The notes under the pieces are model-generated. The model was not told the origin of the DNA. It ran no database searches and saw only the letters and a list, made by a program, of their open reading frames with translations. A DNA stretch of 64,000 nt from a virus: positions 32,001-96,000 of the IMG/VR virus record IMGVR_UViG_3300044612_001255. The stretch is one strand, 5' to 3'. A program made the position numbers and the translations under genes. Shown one piece after another: positions 47,087 to 58,600 of this stretch (positions are counted from its first letter, which is position 1; each line of letters opens with the position of its first letter).

Positions 47087-50056
47087 ATGAAAGGATGGTT
47101 AGATAACTTTGGTAAAGCAGACAACGCTAATGATTCAAACGTTAGCCTTCCTGAAGGTTTTGTTGGACTAGGATATAACACTAAAGGAAGAAACTATTCT
47201 CCTGCATGGGGAGGACAGTTTCAAGGTGGTGGAAAACTTATTCCAGTTTCTCCAATGCAACAGATCACTGGCGAAACACCTACTATTTCCCCAACTGTCC
47301 CATATTTACAAACAAAAGATCCAGCAGAGTTTTATAAGTCTTGGATTCAAAGTCCTGAATATGAACGAAGATTAAAATCTACAGGATACTCAGATGTTCC
47401 TAATAAACAAAGGGTTGATGAACTTTCACAAATAGAACAGGTCAAAAAAGAAAGACTAGGACTTTTAGAAAATATTCAACCTTTAGAATATGATCCATCT
47501 AAAAGATCTGAAGCTATAATTGATTATTACGATGGGTCAACTATAAATGTAAATCCTTCAGATTATAAAACCTTTTCTAAACAATCTGTTGAAGCACACG
47601 AAATTGCACATGTTGCCACTCCTACAAGTACAATGTCTAATGACGAGTTTGGAATTTTTATGGGATCTATGCTTCCTTTAAAAAAACCTATAGTGTCTGG
47701 TGTACAAGGATCTAAAGAAAGAGAGGCTAGTAAAGAAGCTGTTGGAGATTTTGAACACTTGGGAAAACCATGGGAAGCAAAAGCTGATTTAGACGCTCTT
47801 CGATTCATGATGTACGACAAAGGCATCTATGATATTACAAAAGGAAAGAAGTTTACAGAATCAGATTTTGAAAAAGCAAAACAAAGTTTTGGGAAAGAAA
47901 GAGTTTTCAAAAGATTCACTGATAGAATGGGCAAGAAGAACTTTGTCAACTTGATGAACACTATTGCTAAAGCAGATGGTGAAGAAGAATTACCAATGGC
48001 AATGGGTGGTATGTCTATTCCTGGTTCTGTAGGATTCACATACGCACGTACAGCTGGTTCTGCTCCTAGTAAAGGAAAGTATGCAAAGAAGACGATGGCT
48101 TCTGCACAGAATGGTATTATGTCTCCAATGTTATTGGCAAGAAATGTTTTAAACTATTTCTATCCTAATGAAGAAGCTGCACCAACTGTAGAGGCAGCAC
48201 CGTCAGACTATAAGAAGGGATTAACAAACGAGCTTCTACAAAGACAAGCATATAAAGAATCAACATTCAATCCAGCTGCTGTTTCCCCAGCGGGATACAA
48301 AGGTCTTACACAGATTGGAGAAGGTGTTTTAGAAGATTATTCTAATAAGAAAGGTGGAAAGAAACTAGATCCATTCAATCCAAAAGATGCTGTAGAGCTA
48401 CAGAAGTTTGCAATGAATGATTTATACAATGCTAGCTTCATCAACAAACCTGATCAATCTGATAGTGTAAGAATTGCAAAAACTCTAGCTGCCTATAATT
48501 GGGGAAGAGGGAACCTATCTAATTATCTCAATGAACAAAAGAGTAAGGGTGTAGATATATATGATTCTTACGATTGGTTAAACAACCTTCCAAAAGAAAC
48601 TAGCGATTATGTAAATAAGATTCTTCTCCAGGAAGATCCATCATTTAATAAGAACTATAAGAAAGCTTCTACAAATCCAAAATACGAAGAGGTGACATCT
48701 CTGTATGATCAGAAGAAGTTTGGTGGCGACATCCCTTCTGCACAGAATGGTCAAGAAATGAAATTCTATCAGAATGGATTGGATTGGAAACCAAAGAGTA
48801 TGCAGGATGGTGGAATAACTAAAGACAATCAAGGATATTGGAATCCAGAAAATTGGGGAAAGCCTGTAGAAATAGATTCTAATGACATAACAATGGAAGG
48901 TGTATACGAACCCCTTCTTGGTGTGTCTGACACTGGTGACACTAAGCTAATGAAGCCAGGAAAGAATTATAAATTCAAGGGTAAGAAAGTTAGAGAGTAT
49001 CCTGTAGCCCAGTATGGAAAAGGCATACCATTTAAAGATGCTGCTAATAATCCAAAAGATCCAGCAGATCCTATTCGTAAAGATTTGGCACCACCTATTA
49101 GACCAAAAGCATCTTTTGAAGAACAGAAAAGAATAGCAAAGTTAGAACTTGATAAGTATGGTTATACATCAGACCAACGTAAGAATTACGTTAAAGGTAA
49201 ATCTGAAAAAGCATTCAGGAATATTGTTCCTCAAGGATATGGAGATTTAACACAAACACTTGATAGAATTGATAGATATGAAAAAGATTTAGGAAGAGAT
49301 CCAATGGAGACTCTATGGTATGGTTCAGAAAGTAGTTCAACAGGAAAACCAATATATTACGATCTTCCTAAAAGAGATGATGCTTTTGCTTTGTATCTAG
49401 GGTTGCCTCAAAAAAATAAAAGCTTTGGCATTTCTGAATATCAACCAGGCGATTCGAAAGAAAACAAATACTATTTCAAACCTAATTACTTAGATGAAAA
49501 TTTAAAAAATCGTCTAGTTGCTTCATATTTTGACAATGTGGATGATAATGAAAATGTTTATATAGCAAATGAAAGAGGTGATGCTTTTCCACAAAAAACT
49601 GATTCGTTGGAAAGGGAAGGAGTTCCTTTTGAAAATCCAATGTATGCTGAGTGGATGGTAGATAACCCTCTTGGAGATTTTAAAATGTCCAAGGGTAAAG
49701 ATAAAAAGGGTCACTATATTTCTATTTATGATGAATGGGATTTGAATCCTTTTAAAGAAGGTAAAGGTTCATCAAGTAATCCAGCTGCTGCTACATTAAA
49801 AGCATTTGCTAAAATGAAAGGAGTAGACGTGAGTGATGACCTAGAAATTTCAAAGCTTTTTGGAGCTGGTAAACCTTTTGAGATATATGATAGAATTTAT
49901 TATGATCCAAAAACTAAAAAAGTGATTCCTGAGAAAAGAAATGGTGGTGGTGTGGGAATCAATCAATTAGATGCTCAACCCATGAAAAAACTAAATCAAT
50001 TACTTAACTTTACAAATAACCCAGACAAGGATAACTGGCTGGATAAATACAACTGA
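47087..50056 (+). CDS. modular virion cargo protein: zincin-like peptidase + SLT lytic transglycosylase + unknown domain
   Basis: HEIAH..E (47597-47611); KESTFNPAAVSPAGYKGLTQI / LAAYNWG / ETSDYV SLT motifs; recurring xQxG(G) motifs. Confidence 0.8.
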   Translation: MKGWLDNFGKADNANDSNVSLPEGFVGLGYNTKGRNYSPAWGGQFQGGGKLIPVSPMQQITGETPTISPTVPYLQTKDPAEFYKSWIQSPEYERRLKSTGYSDVPNKQRVDELSQIEQVKKERLGLLENIQPLEYDPSKRSEAIIDYYDGSTINVNPSDYKTFSKQSVEAHEIAHVATPTSTMSNDEFGIFMGSMLPLKKPIVSGVQGSKEREASKEAVGDFEHLGKPWEAKADLDALRFMMYDKGIYDITKGKKFTESDFEKAKQSFGKERVFKRFTDRMGKKNFVNLMNTIAKADGEEELPMAMGGMSIPGSVGFTYARTAGSAPSKGKYAKKTMASAQNGIMSPMLLARNVLNYFYPNEEAAPTVEAAPSDYKKGLTNELLQRQAYKESTFNPAAVSPAGYKGLTQIGEGVLEDYSNKKGGKKLDPFNPKDAVELQKFAMNDLYNASFINKPDQSDSVRIAKTLAAYNWGRGNLSNYLNEQKSKGVDIYDSYDWLNNLPKETSDYVNKILLQEDPSFNKNYKKASTNPKYEEVTSLYDQKKFGGDIPSAQNGQEMKFYQNGLDWKPKSMQDGGITKDNQGYWNPENWGKPVEIDSNDITMEGVYEPLLGVSDTGDTKLMKPGKNYKFKGKKVREYPVAQYGKGIPFKDAANNPKDPADPIRKDLAPPIRPKASFEEQKRIAKLELDKYGYTSDQRKNYVKGKSEKAFRNIVPQGYGDLTQTLDRIDRYEKDLGRDPMETLWYGSESSSTGKPIYYDLPKRDDAFALYLGLPQKNKSFGISEYQPGDSKENKYYFKPNYLDENLKNRLVASYFDNVDDNENVYIANERGDAFPQKTDSLEREGVPFENPMYAEWMVDNPLGDFKMSKGKDKKGHYISIYDEWDLNPFKEGKGSSSNPAAATLKAFAKMKGVDVSDDLEISKLFGAGKPFEIYDRIYYDPKTKKVIPEKRNGGGVGINQLDAQPMKKLNQLLNFTNNPDKDNWLDKYN
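48099..48751 (+). repeat. exact 17-bp direct repeat CTTCTGCACAGAATGGT flanking the SLT module
   Basis: copies at 48099-48115 and 48735-48751, both encoding SAQNG in frame. Confidence 0.9.
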
Positions 50057-50057
50057 T

Positions 50058-52817
50058 ATGAAGGCTGAAATTTTAAAGATAGCAGGTGTTAAGTCTGAGA
50101 AAGAATTTTACAAAAAATTCCCTACAGAAGAATCTTTTATAAAGGTTCATGGGAAAGCTTTGAAGAAAGCTCAAATGGGAGCTATGATTCAAGGTAATCA
50201 ATCCCCTCAGACTAATCCTCAACCAATCAACTTTCAACAGTTGTATGACCAGAATGATATGTATATCACTGGTTCGACACAAGACATGCGTAACAAGCAA
50301 GCTCAAGATCAAGCAAGCCTTGCTGCACAACAACAGGCAGCTAATAAGAAATCAGGAATTGCTGATGCGATTGGTCAGATAGGTAGCATGATGGGTGGTA
50401 GTGGTAAAAATGGCAAAAAGTTAAAGAAGGCTCTTTTTGGAGATGAAACATTACCAATGGGTAAACCAGGCATGTTTGGCAATCTTGGTAAAGGTATTAG
50501 TGCAGGTGTTAGTAAAGCTGGTGGACCAATGGCTGTTGCTCAAGCAGCTGGTGATGTAGTTGGAGGATTCCAACAAATGAAGAATGAAAAACAAATAATG
50601 AAACAAGCTCAGCAAATGGCTGGTGTAAGTGATGTTGCTCTTCAAGCTTCCATGACACGTCCTGAGCAAGTTCAGAAAAAATATGTACGTCCAGAAGACA
50701 ATATTAATACAGGACAAGAGTTCTTTCCTATATATGGTACAGGAACTGTTCTAGCAAAGAATGGTACAGAAATAGCAAATACGTTTGCTCCTAATACTAT
50801 TTATACAGATTTAGAAGAAGCTCAGAATGGCATAACCAAGTTTGCACAACAAGGTGGTGGAGATGCTCTTTCCCAACTCACTGCTGGACTAGGAAGTCCA
50901 AAGGGACAAGGTATTAGCGGTGGAGGAAAAATTGGAGGTGGTATTGGAAGTGTAGCAGGTACAATTATTGGTGGTCCAGTTGGAGGTATGATTGGAAAGT
51001 TTGCTGGTCAAACTATTGGTAATGTCCTAGATAAAAAAGCTGAAAAGACAGAGGCTTTCAATGAAAAAACTCAAGGTAACATTGAACAGATGGCTCTTGG
51101 TCAAGGAGCACAATCTCTTCAACAAGCAAACGCTTCTTATATGAGAGATGGTGGTATGGCAAATCCACAAGTAATTAATCAGTTTGGTAATTACAAATTG
51201 AGTCAATTGTTACAACCTGATCCAACAATGGATACATTACGTGCAGGTGGGCATTTAAAAAGTTACACTCCTCCTAGCGAACGTGCAATGTATACAGGAA
51301 GAGATAAGTTTGCCATGGGTGGTGATCTTAAAACTCATTGGGGTGGATATGCAGAACCTATGTCTTACAATCCATATCTTCCTGAAGGAGGAGAAACTGT
51401 AATGTTCAGAGGTCAGTCTCACGATGAGTCTGATGGAAAAGGTAATACAGGTATTGGAATCACTTATGGTGATAGTCCTGTAGAAGTGGAAAGAGGAGAA
51501 CCAGCTATACAACTTAAAAATGGTACAGATGGAGACAATAGTCTTACTGTATATGGTAATTTAGAATTGTCAAAATCTAATGCTGAGCTGATTGGTATGC
51601 CAGATCAAGCAAAAAGAAAGTATAAGAATATTGTTGATGATTTAAACAAGAAAGAACAGAAACAAAATAAAATTATAGAAAAGTCTGTTACAGAACTTGA
51701 CAAACTAGATTTAAACAATCCTTACAATATACTTTCTTTTGAATCTCGTAAAGCTAGTTTGCTTGGAGCTAATATGAATCTTAAAAAGATTGCTGATCAA
51801 AAAATAAAACTAGCTGACATGCAATCTGCAACCAATGACACTGCTGAAGAGTATGGTTTTGAAGCTGATGCTTTAGCAAAGGGTAAAGTGAAACAAGCTA
51901 AGAAAGGAGCTTCTATTAAGAAAGCTCAGGGTGGAACAGATGAGACATATGATGCTGCTAAAGATCTAGATGAAGCTGTTGTAACTGGTACACGACTTCC
52001 AACACTGCAAGAACTAAGAGATTTTAAATTGGAAAAAAGTAATCTTCCAAGAATTGCACCATTCAGCACAGCATCTAAAGAAGATGGTGAATTTGATTGG
52101 ATGACAATTGCTAATCAGATTCTTCCTTATCTAAGACCAAGTGATGCGGAAGAACTTGATCCACGTCAGCTATCTGGAGAGATGCTTGCTCTTGCTCAAA
52201 ATCAATTAGAGCCTGTACAAGCACAAACTTTCCAGCCACAACTAAGCACACCTTATGATATTTCTCTTCAGGATATTATGAATAAGAACCAAGCTGATTA
52301 CAGAGCTGCTGTAAGAAACACTGGATATAATCCAGCTGCATTAGCTATATTGAATGCACAAAAATACGCAGCTAATCAACAAGTGCTTGGTGAGCAGTTT
52401 AGATTGAATCAAGCTATGAGAGATAAGGTGTATGGTGAGAATAGAGCAATGCTTAACGAATCTAATCTTAAGAACCTCGGTATCCTTGATGAGCAATACG
52501 GAAGACAGCAACAAGCTCTTTCTAATACAAAAGCTACAGCACAAGCTGCTCTTAATTCTATCTCTGCTAAATATCTACAGAACGAAGCTTCAAATAGAGA
52601 GCTTCAAGCATACGAGAACCTTTACAATTTTAGATCTGGTCCAAAAGGAATAATGCAGAATATGAATCCTCTTGCTCAGTTCAACACTGCATTAGGAAAC
52701 TTATCGTCTGCTCAAATTGAAGAAGTGCTTAAACTTAAGAAAGACGAAGAAGCTAAAAAAAATAAGCCCACTGTTACAAAAAATGGTGGTCTTGTACGAG
52801 CAATTAAATCCATGTAA
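50058..52817 (+). CDS. virion cargo/ejection protein with Gly-rich membrane-like segments
   Basis: GGIGSVAGTIIGGPVGGMIGKFAG, GQSHDE...VEVERGE motif, many AQxG/xxGG motifs. Confidence 0.65.
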   Translation: MKAEILKIAGVKSEKEFYKKFPTEESFIKVHGKALKKAQMGAMIQGNQSPQTNPQPINFQQLYDQNDMYITGSTQDMRNKQAQDQASLAAQQQAANKKSGIADAIGQIGSMMGGSGKNGKKLKKALFGDETLPMGKPGMFGNLGKGISAGVSKAGGPMAVAQAAGDVVGGFQQMKNEKQIMKQAQQMAGVSDVALQASMTRPEQVQKKYVRPEDNINTGQEFFPIYGTGTVLAKNGTEIANTFAPNTIYTDLEEAQNGITKFAQQGGGDALSQLTAGLGSPKGQGISGGGKIGGGIGSVAGTIIGGPVGGMIGKFAGQTIGNVLDKKAEKTEAFNEKTQGNIEQMALGQGAQSLQQANASYMRDGGMANPQVINQFGNYKLSQLLQPDPTMDTLRAGGHLKSYTPPSERAMYTGRDKFAMGGDLKTHWGGYAEPMSYNPYLPEGGETVMFRGQSHDESDGKGNTGIGITYGDSPVEVERGEPAIQLKNGTDGDNSLTVYGNLELSKSNAELIGMPDQAKRKYKNIVDDLNKKEQKQNKIIEKSVTELDKLDLNNPYNILSFESRKASLLGANMNLKKIADQKIKLADMQSATNDTAEEYGFEADALAKGKVKQAKKGASIKKAQGGTDETYDAAKDLDEAVVTGTRLPTLQELRDFKLEKSNLPRIAPFSTASKEDGEFDWMTIANQILPYLRPSDAEELDPRQLSGEMLALAQNQLEPVQAQTFQPQLSTPYDISLQDIMNKNQADYRAAVRNTGYNPAALAILNAQKYAANQQVLGEQFRLNQAMRDKVYGENRAMLNESNLKNLGILDEQYGRQQQALSNTKATAQAALNSISAKYLQNEASNRELQAYENLYNFRSGPKGIMQNMNPLAQFNTALGNLSSAQIEEVLKLKKDEEAKKNKPTVTKNGGLVRAIKSM

Positions 52818-52858
52818 TCTGGAGTATTACTACTAAATTTCATAAAAAAATAAACAAC

Positions 52859-55627
52859 ATGGCTTCATTTACAGATGCAATACCTCAGTTTAACCCATAC
52901 ATTCAACAGCTTCCTGTTGAGGCTATGGTTACTGTTGGTATGGAGAAGCAACAGCGTTACGACCAAGGGTTACAAAAGATCCAATCTCAGATAGATCAAG
53001 TTGCAGGGTTAGACATATATAGAACAGAAGATAAGCAACTATTGCAATCTAAACTAAATGAGCTTGGCTCTAAACTGAAGACTGTTGCAGCTGCTGACTT
53101 TTCTAACTATCAGTTAGTTAACTCTGTAGCAGGAATGGCAGGAACTGTTATGAAAGATCCAGCAATTTTTGCTGCTGTTCAGTCTACACAAAATATCAAG
53201 AATAATGAGAAGTTAATGGAGGAGGCTAGACAGAAGAACGAGCTCACTCCTGATAACTTGGATTACTATAACAAAAAATTATTAGCATACGAAAACTCTG
53301 GACTCCTTGATGAAAGAGGAAAGCCTATAGTATTTAATGCTAAGTACGACCCTCACTTTGATGTAGATAAATTTACAAGAGAAACTTTCAATGCAGTAAA
53401 GCCAAGTGGATTAACTTGGGATGAAGTGTTCACAAAAGATGTAGATGGTAAAACTGTATATTCTCCTGTAATGTTACAAATGGAGAAAGAAGGTATATTC
53501 CCTGAGACAGTAAGGCAAACCATTGATCAAATATTCTCAGATCCAAGAGTTGCAAAACAACTCCAAATTACTGGTGAATATAATTATAAAGGGCAAGATG
53601 CAAATAGTTTAAAAACTATGCTTGTAGGTCAACAGGATTTTAAAATAGCTGAAATCAATAATGAGATTCAAGACCTTACACTAAAAAAGAATTCTACTGA
53701 AAATCTAGAAGAGAAAGGTAAAATTGATATTCAAATAAAAAATCTCAAAGACGAGATACTCCCTAAAATTAAAAGTAGTTACGCATCACTTCTTAAAGCA
53801 GCTGACTCTAACACTGAGGCTGTAAGAGGATATCTCTATGAGAATGATGTCAGAGGTAGATATACAAGCATGTTTGGTTATATGAAAACTAAACAGAATA
53901 GAGTGCAAGATCCTGATTGGAAAGCTAATTTCGACATGGAGAATGAAACTCAAAGAAGAAGAGAGTGGAGTGCAGACTATTCATATAGAGAAAGAAGAGA
54001 TGAAATAGAAGATAAACAGTGGGAAGCTGAACAAGCTCTTGCACGTAAAAAAGCTGGTGAAGAAAGTGGAAGAAGGGCTCTTGGGGAAAACTTTGATATA
54101 GATAACTTTGATCAAACTTATGATGCTGTAGCTACGCAATATGAAAATTATGATGCTGCATCTCAAGCATATACTAATTCAGGAAATGAATTAATTTATA
54201 GATCATACTATTCATCTGATCCACAACAAAGAGCTAGACTACAAGATTTAATTAATCGTGGCAGCACTAGAGAAGAAGCCATTACAGCAATGGTTGATCA
54301 AGATGCAAAAGCATCTAAAGTTGATGTTAATACATTTAGAACAAATAAAATAAACGAGTCTGTAGCAACACTAACTCGAAAAGGTTCTGGAAACATAGCA
54401 AAAGAATTATCAGATGCTATAGCTGTCTATACTCAATCTAGAAGAACTTTCGAAAATGCAAAAACTTCGAAAGATGAAATGGATAAAGTGGATAATGGAG
54501 TGCTAGGCCAAACGCTTGGTAAGCTATATGAAGGTGATGAAATAAAACCACAAACTATAAAGTTTAGAGGTAGTGACATTACTTTATCCAAACAAAATAT
54601 TATTGATTTAGGTGTATATCTACGTGGTTACAAACACGTATATGGTTTTGCTATTGATGATACTGCTAGAGAAGCTGCAAAAGCTGCTAAGGTAAGACTC
54701 AGTGATCGAGGTTTAGATGGTGTTCTAGAATATGTAATGAGAACTAGAGGCTCGCAGTATGCAGGTGGTTTAGATATAGGTACTAAATTAGCTAGAACAC
54801 TTGGCTCCCCGTTTGAAGTAGTAACAGATATATATTCTAACGTTATGGGAGAAACTGGTGAAATTAGTCCCTTGATTAATGAAGTTGATAAAGTGTATAA
54901 CGCAATTAATAATTCAGCTTATTCAGAAGGTCTTCAGAAAAAAAGTGAGGTGGCAAAAAGATTTGTAACTCCTGCAAATTTGTCTACTGGTATCTTTACA
55001 GATAAAGATGCAACTAATAATTTAATTCTATCTGATTTAAAAAGAGTAGCAGCTAATTATAGTGATGTTGGAAATTATTCTCCTGACTATAAAGATTTTA
55101 TAGATCATGTATCAGATATAACAGATCCAAAAGAACTAACTATTAAAGCTGGTATTAAGTCTCTTCCAGGAGGGCAACAAGTTGTTGAACTAGTTGCGTT
55201 TGATGGGGGTGTACGAAAAGGCGGACTTACACTTCAGCCAGATGAAGCAGATAATTTTGTAGATACATCAAATCTTTATGTTTCTCAAGATCAATTGATG
55301 GCTCAAAATGCCATGATTGCAAAGGGATTAAATTCAACATCTTATGGTGATGCAGATGATGTTGAAACATATATGAATAGAGATGCTGAATTTCAAAAAA
55401 TAAGAGGAGATTTTCCACAGTTACAAGGGCTCTCAGGCTATGATGTTATGGGAAATATAGTAAATTTGAATGGGAGATATTACGGGAAGGTTTTTGTACA
55501 GGATTTAACAAGTGGTAAACCGTACATGTTTACAACTGATGGATATGACTTCCCCACTGTCTATAATACCATGAGAGCTATCACACCTAATGAAATTGGG
55601 AGAATTGTTAACACACCTACAAAGTAA
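52859..55627 (+). CDS. virion cargo/ejection protein
   Basis: 922 aa, helical, FNPYIQQLP N-terminus, between cargo genes and the giant protein. Confidence 0.55.
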   Translation: MASFTDAIPQFNPYIQQLPVEAMVTVGMEKQQRYDQGLQKIQSQIDQVAGLDIYRTEDKQLLQSKLNELGSKLKTVAAADFSNYQLVNSVAGMAGTVMKDPAIFAAVQSTQNIKNNEKLMEEARQKNELTPDNLDYYNKKLLAYENSGLLDERGKPIVFNAKYDPHFDVDKFTRETFNAVKPSGLTWDEVFTKDVDGKTVYSPVMLQMEKEGIFPETVRQTIDQIFSDPRVAKQLQITGEYNYKGQDANSLKTMLVGQQDFKIAEINNEIQDLTLKKNSTENLEEKGKIDIQIKNLKDEILPKIKSSYASLLKAADSNTEAVRGYLYENDVRGRYTSMFGYMKTKQNRVQDPDWKANFDMENETQRRREWSADYSYRERRDEIEDKQWEAEQALARKKAGEESGRRALGENFDIDNFDQTYDAVATQYENYDAASQAYTNSGNELIYRSYYSSDPQQRARLQDLINRGSTREEAITAMVDQDAKASKVDVNTFRTNKINESVATLTRKGSGNIAKELSDAIAVYTQSRRTFENAKTSKDEMDKVDNGVLGQTLGKLYEGDEIKPQTIKFRGSDITLSKQNIIDLGVYLRGYKHVYGFAIDDTAREAAKAAKVRLSDRGLDGVLEYVMRTRGSQYAGGLDIGTKLARTLGSPFEVVTDIYSNVMGETGEISPLINEVDKVYNAINNSAYSEGLQKKSEVAKRFVTPANLSTGIFTDKDATNNLILSDLKRVAANYSDVGNYSPDYKDFIDHVSDITDPKELTIKAGIKSLPGGQQVVELVAFDGGVRKGGLTLQPDEADNFVDTSNLYVSQDQLMAQNAMIAKGLNSTSYGDADDVETYMNRDAEFQKIRGDFPQLQGLSGYDVMGNIVNLNGRYYGKVFVQDLTSGKPYMFTTDGYDFPTVYNTMRAITPNEIGRIVNTPTK

Positions 55628-55629
55628 CA

Positions 55630-58600
55630 ATGGAAGAAGAAAATGTTGTAAACCCTAAAGGAGTTTCTAATGAAATTCCTTATCCAATAATTCCTAACAA
55701 TCCTGGAAATCAAGTGCCTGGAGAACTTCCTTCTGCAAGGGAAGCTTTTGCCAAATTAGCTGAGCAAAATAGATTTACTGGAGCCCAGAACATTCCTATT
55801 TCTTCTTTCTATTCTGGGGGTAACAGATATGGAAAAACAAGACCATTTACTAATTTCGAAGAAATGGCTGCACAAAAGCAGTCTGGATTTGATCAAGTTA
55901 GAAATGGTCTTGGAAAGGCAGTGGGTATTGCTGGTACGTCTTTCATATCTGGTACAGTTGGATTATTAAATGGTATAGGTTCTTCTATTGCTAACCAACA
56001 GTTTTCTAAACTGTATGATAATCCTACAACACAGTTTATGGATAGGCTTCAGAAGGGTATGGAAGACTATGCTCCTAACTATTATAGACAAGCTGAGACA
56101 GATGCTGAATGGTGGCAATCAGATAACCTACTAACTCCTAACTTCTGGGCAGATAAGGTTATAAAAAATATTGGTTATGGAATTGGTTCTATAGCTGGTG
56201 GTGCTGCTTGGACTAAAGCATTCAAGTTAGTTGGTAAAGCAAATGCTTTAGTTAAACTTGGCAAAGGTGCAGAGACTGCTGCTACCATTGAGAAGGCTAT
56301 GCAGGTTGTTCCTAGGGCACAAAAAATATCAGCTATTGAAGGTGCGTTAGGAAATCTTTCCCAAGGTATAAAGTCACAAATTACAAATAATGGACAACGT
56401 ACATTAACGTCTGTCATGGGTACGTTTGGTGAAGCTTCTATTGAATCTTTGCAAAAGTCAAATGAGTTTAGAGATAATGCTATTGCTGAATTTAGAAGTC
56501 AAAATGGTATAGATCCAACAGGGAAAGATCTTGATGACATAAATGCATTTGCTGAGAAGGCAGGTAATTATGTATGGGGTATGAATACTATTCTTCTAAC
56601 TGCATCAAACTATATTCAACTTCCTAAAATCTTAGGTTCTTCTAGAAAGGTGGAGAAAGCATTCATCAATGACTTAACACAAAAAGGACTTGGTAAAGAG
56701 TTTATTGAAAAAACTGCAAAAACAAGATTTGGAAAAATAGTAGATACAACAAAAGGTTTGGGTAGATTCTTTATTCAACCAACAGAAGCTGCTGAAGAAG
56801 GGATGCAGTTTGCAATTGCTTCAGGTGTTGATGATTATTTTAACAGAGCCTACACTAATAGAGAAGATCTTGGAACATTCCTAGAAACTATTTCTGGAGC
56901 AATGGGAAATGTATTTGGAGAAGGCATTGATAAAACTCTAAGTACAAAAGAAGGTATTGAAAGTATATTAATTGGTTCTCTTGCTGGAGGTATTCAGCAA
57001 GCACCAATGTCTATTTATAGAGAAGGACTTACTGGCAAAGGTGGGCAAAGAAAAAGAAATACTGACATTGCTCTTAAGCAGCTCAATGAGACAAACATTG
57101 CAGCATCATTAAAAGACCAAGCTAACTTCTTGGCTGTTGGTATAGGTTCTCAAACAATGCGTCAGCAGGCAATAGAGAACAATGATATTCTTTCAGAAAA
57201 AGATTACGAAGCTGATTACTCTCTATCATACTTGATGCCTCGTGCGAAGTATGGTAAGATGGAAAATGTTTATGAAGAACTTGAATACTACAAAGAACAA
57301 GCATTAAATCCTCAAGGCTTTGCAGAATTGCAAACTGCTGGTGTAGCTTTTGAAAAAGAGTCACCTGCACAATTTGTACAAAGAATTGGAAATCTTGAGA
57401 ATACAGCAAAGGCTGTACAAAAGCACTACGATAATATTAATGAAACCTATGCAGGTGTTTTTAAGACAGATGCAGATGGTAAGATTATTGAAGATGCAAA
57501 AGGAAGGCCTATAAGAAAATACAATCCTGTAGTAGTGGATAAACTTGTTTATGCAGCAAGTAAGATTGATGACTATTCAGCAAGAATTCCAGGACTAACA
57601 TCAGTGTTATCTAGTGCAGGTATTAATATTTCTACAATTCTAAATGATGTTCTAGTATCAGAGAAACCTACCATTGAAGCTGTAAAAGAATCCATTGATC
57701 AAATCAATGCAATGGATGTTGTTAGCGATGTTAAGGATAACTTGAAAAGATCTCTATCAGACTTAATCGAAATGTCACTTAGAAGAAAAGTGTTCATTGA
57801 TGATTATAATGATATAAAAAAGAATCCAGAAGTTTTTGAAGCTTTTAGTAGAGCTGAAAGGTTTCGTGAGAAAGGACCTGTAGATGTCACTCAACAAGAA
57901 GGTGGAAAGTCAGTAGTAAAAACTTTAAAGGTGGGCCAAGAGTATTCTTTGGCTGAGCCTATTAGACTTGAGAATGGTAAAATAACACTTGCTCCAAAGT
58001 TTACAATAATTTCTGAAACATTAGGTGGAGAGTTTGAGGTGAGACTTCCTAATGGTAAAGAAGTATTTCTTTCACCACTAGAGTTTAAAACATATAATAT
58101 ATCTGAAGAAGACAACACTTCCCAGGAATTTGAAAATGCATTGAATCAATCTATTGATGACGTACTTCAATATCCTGCCTTTAGAGACGTTATTGAGAAG
58201 CCAGGAGAAAAGGTAAACAAACTTGCATACATTAACTCTCTTGGCAATCAAAAGCTCAGCGAAGCTGTTGTAAATAGATTTAAAAGACTTACTAAAGATA
58301 TTGTTGAATTAAAAGCTAAGCAGAAAGAAGTCGATAATAAAATAAAGGAACAAAGTTCTGACATTAATAGTCAACAAGATGAAGAGGCTCAAGCATCAAC
58401 TGATCCAAAGGTTGAGCTGATTCCATTCGATACACGAATTGATACAGGAGAAACTGGTCCTTTAAAATCTGCTGCTAGATTCTTTAATGCAAGTAGTAAT
58501 GAATCTGATGATCCTAATTATAAATATTACAATCCTAATCCTTCTCCACACATTATTCGTGCTAGAGTATTTTTGAATAATGCTAAGAGCAATAAAAATA

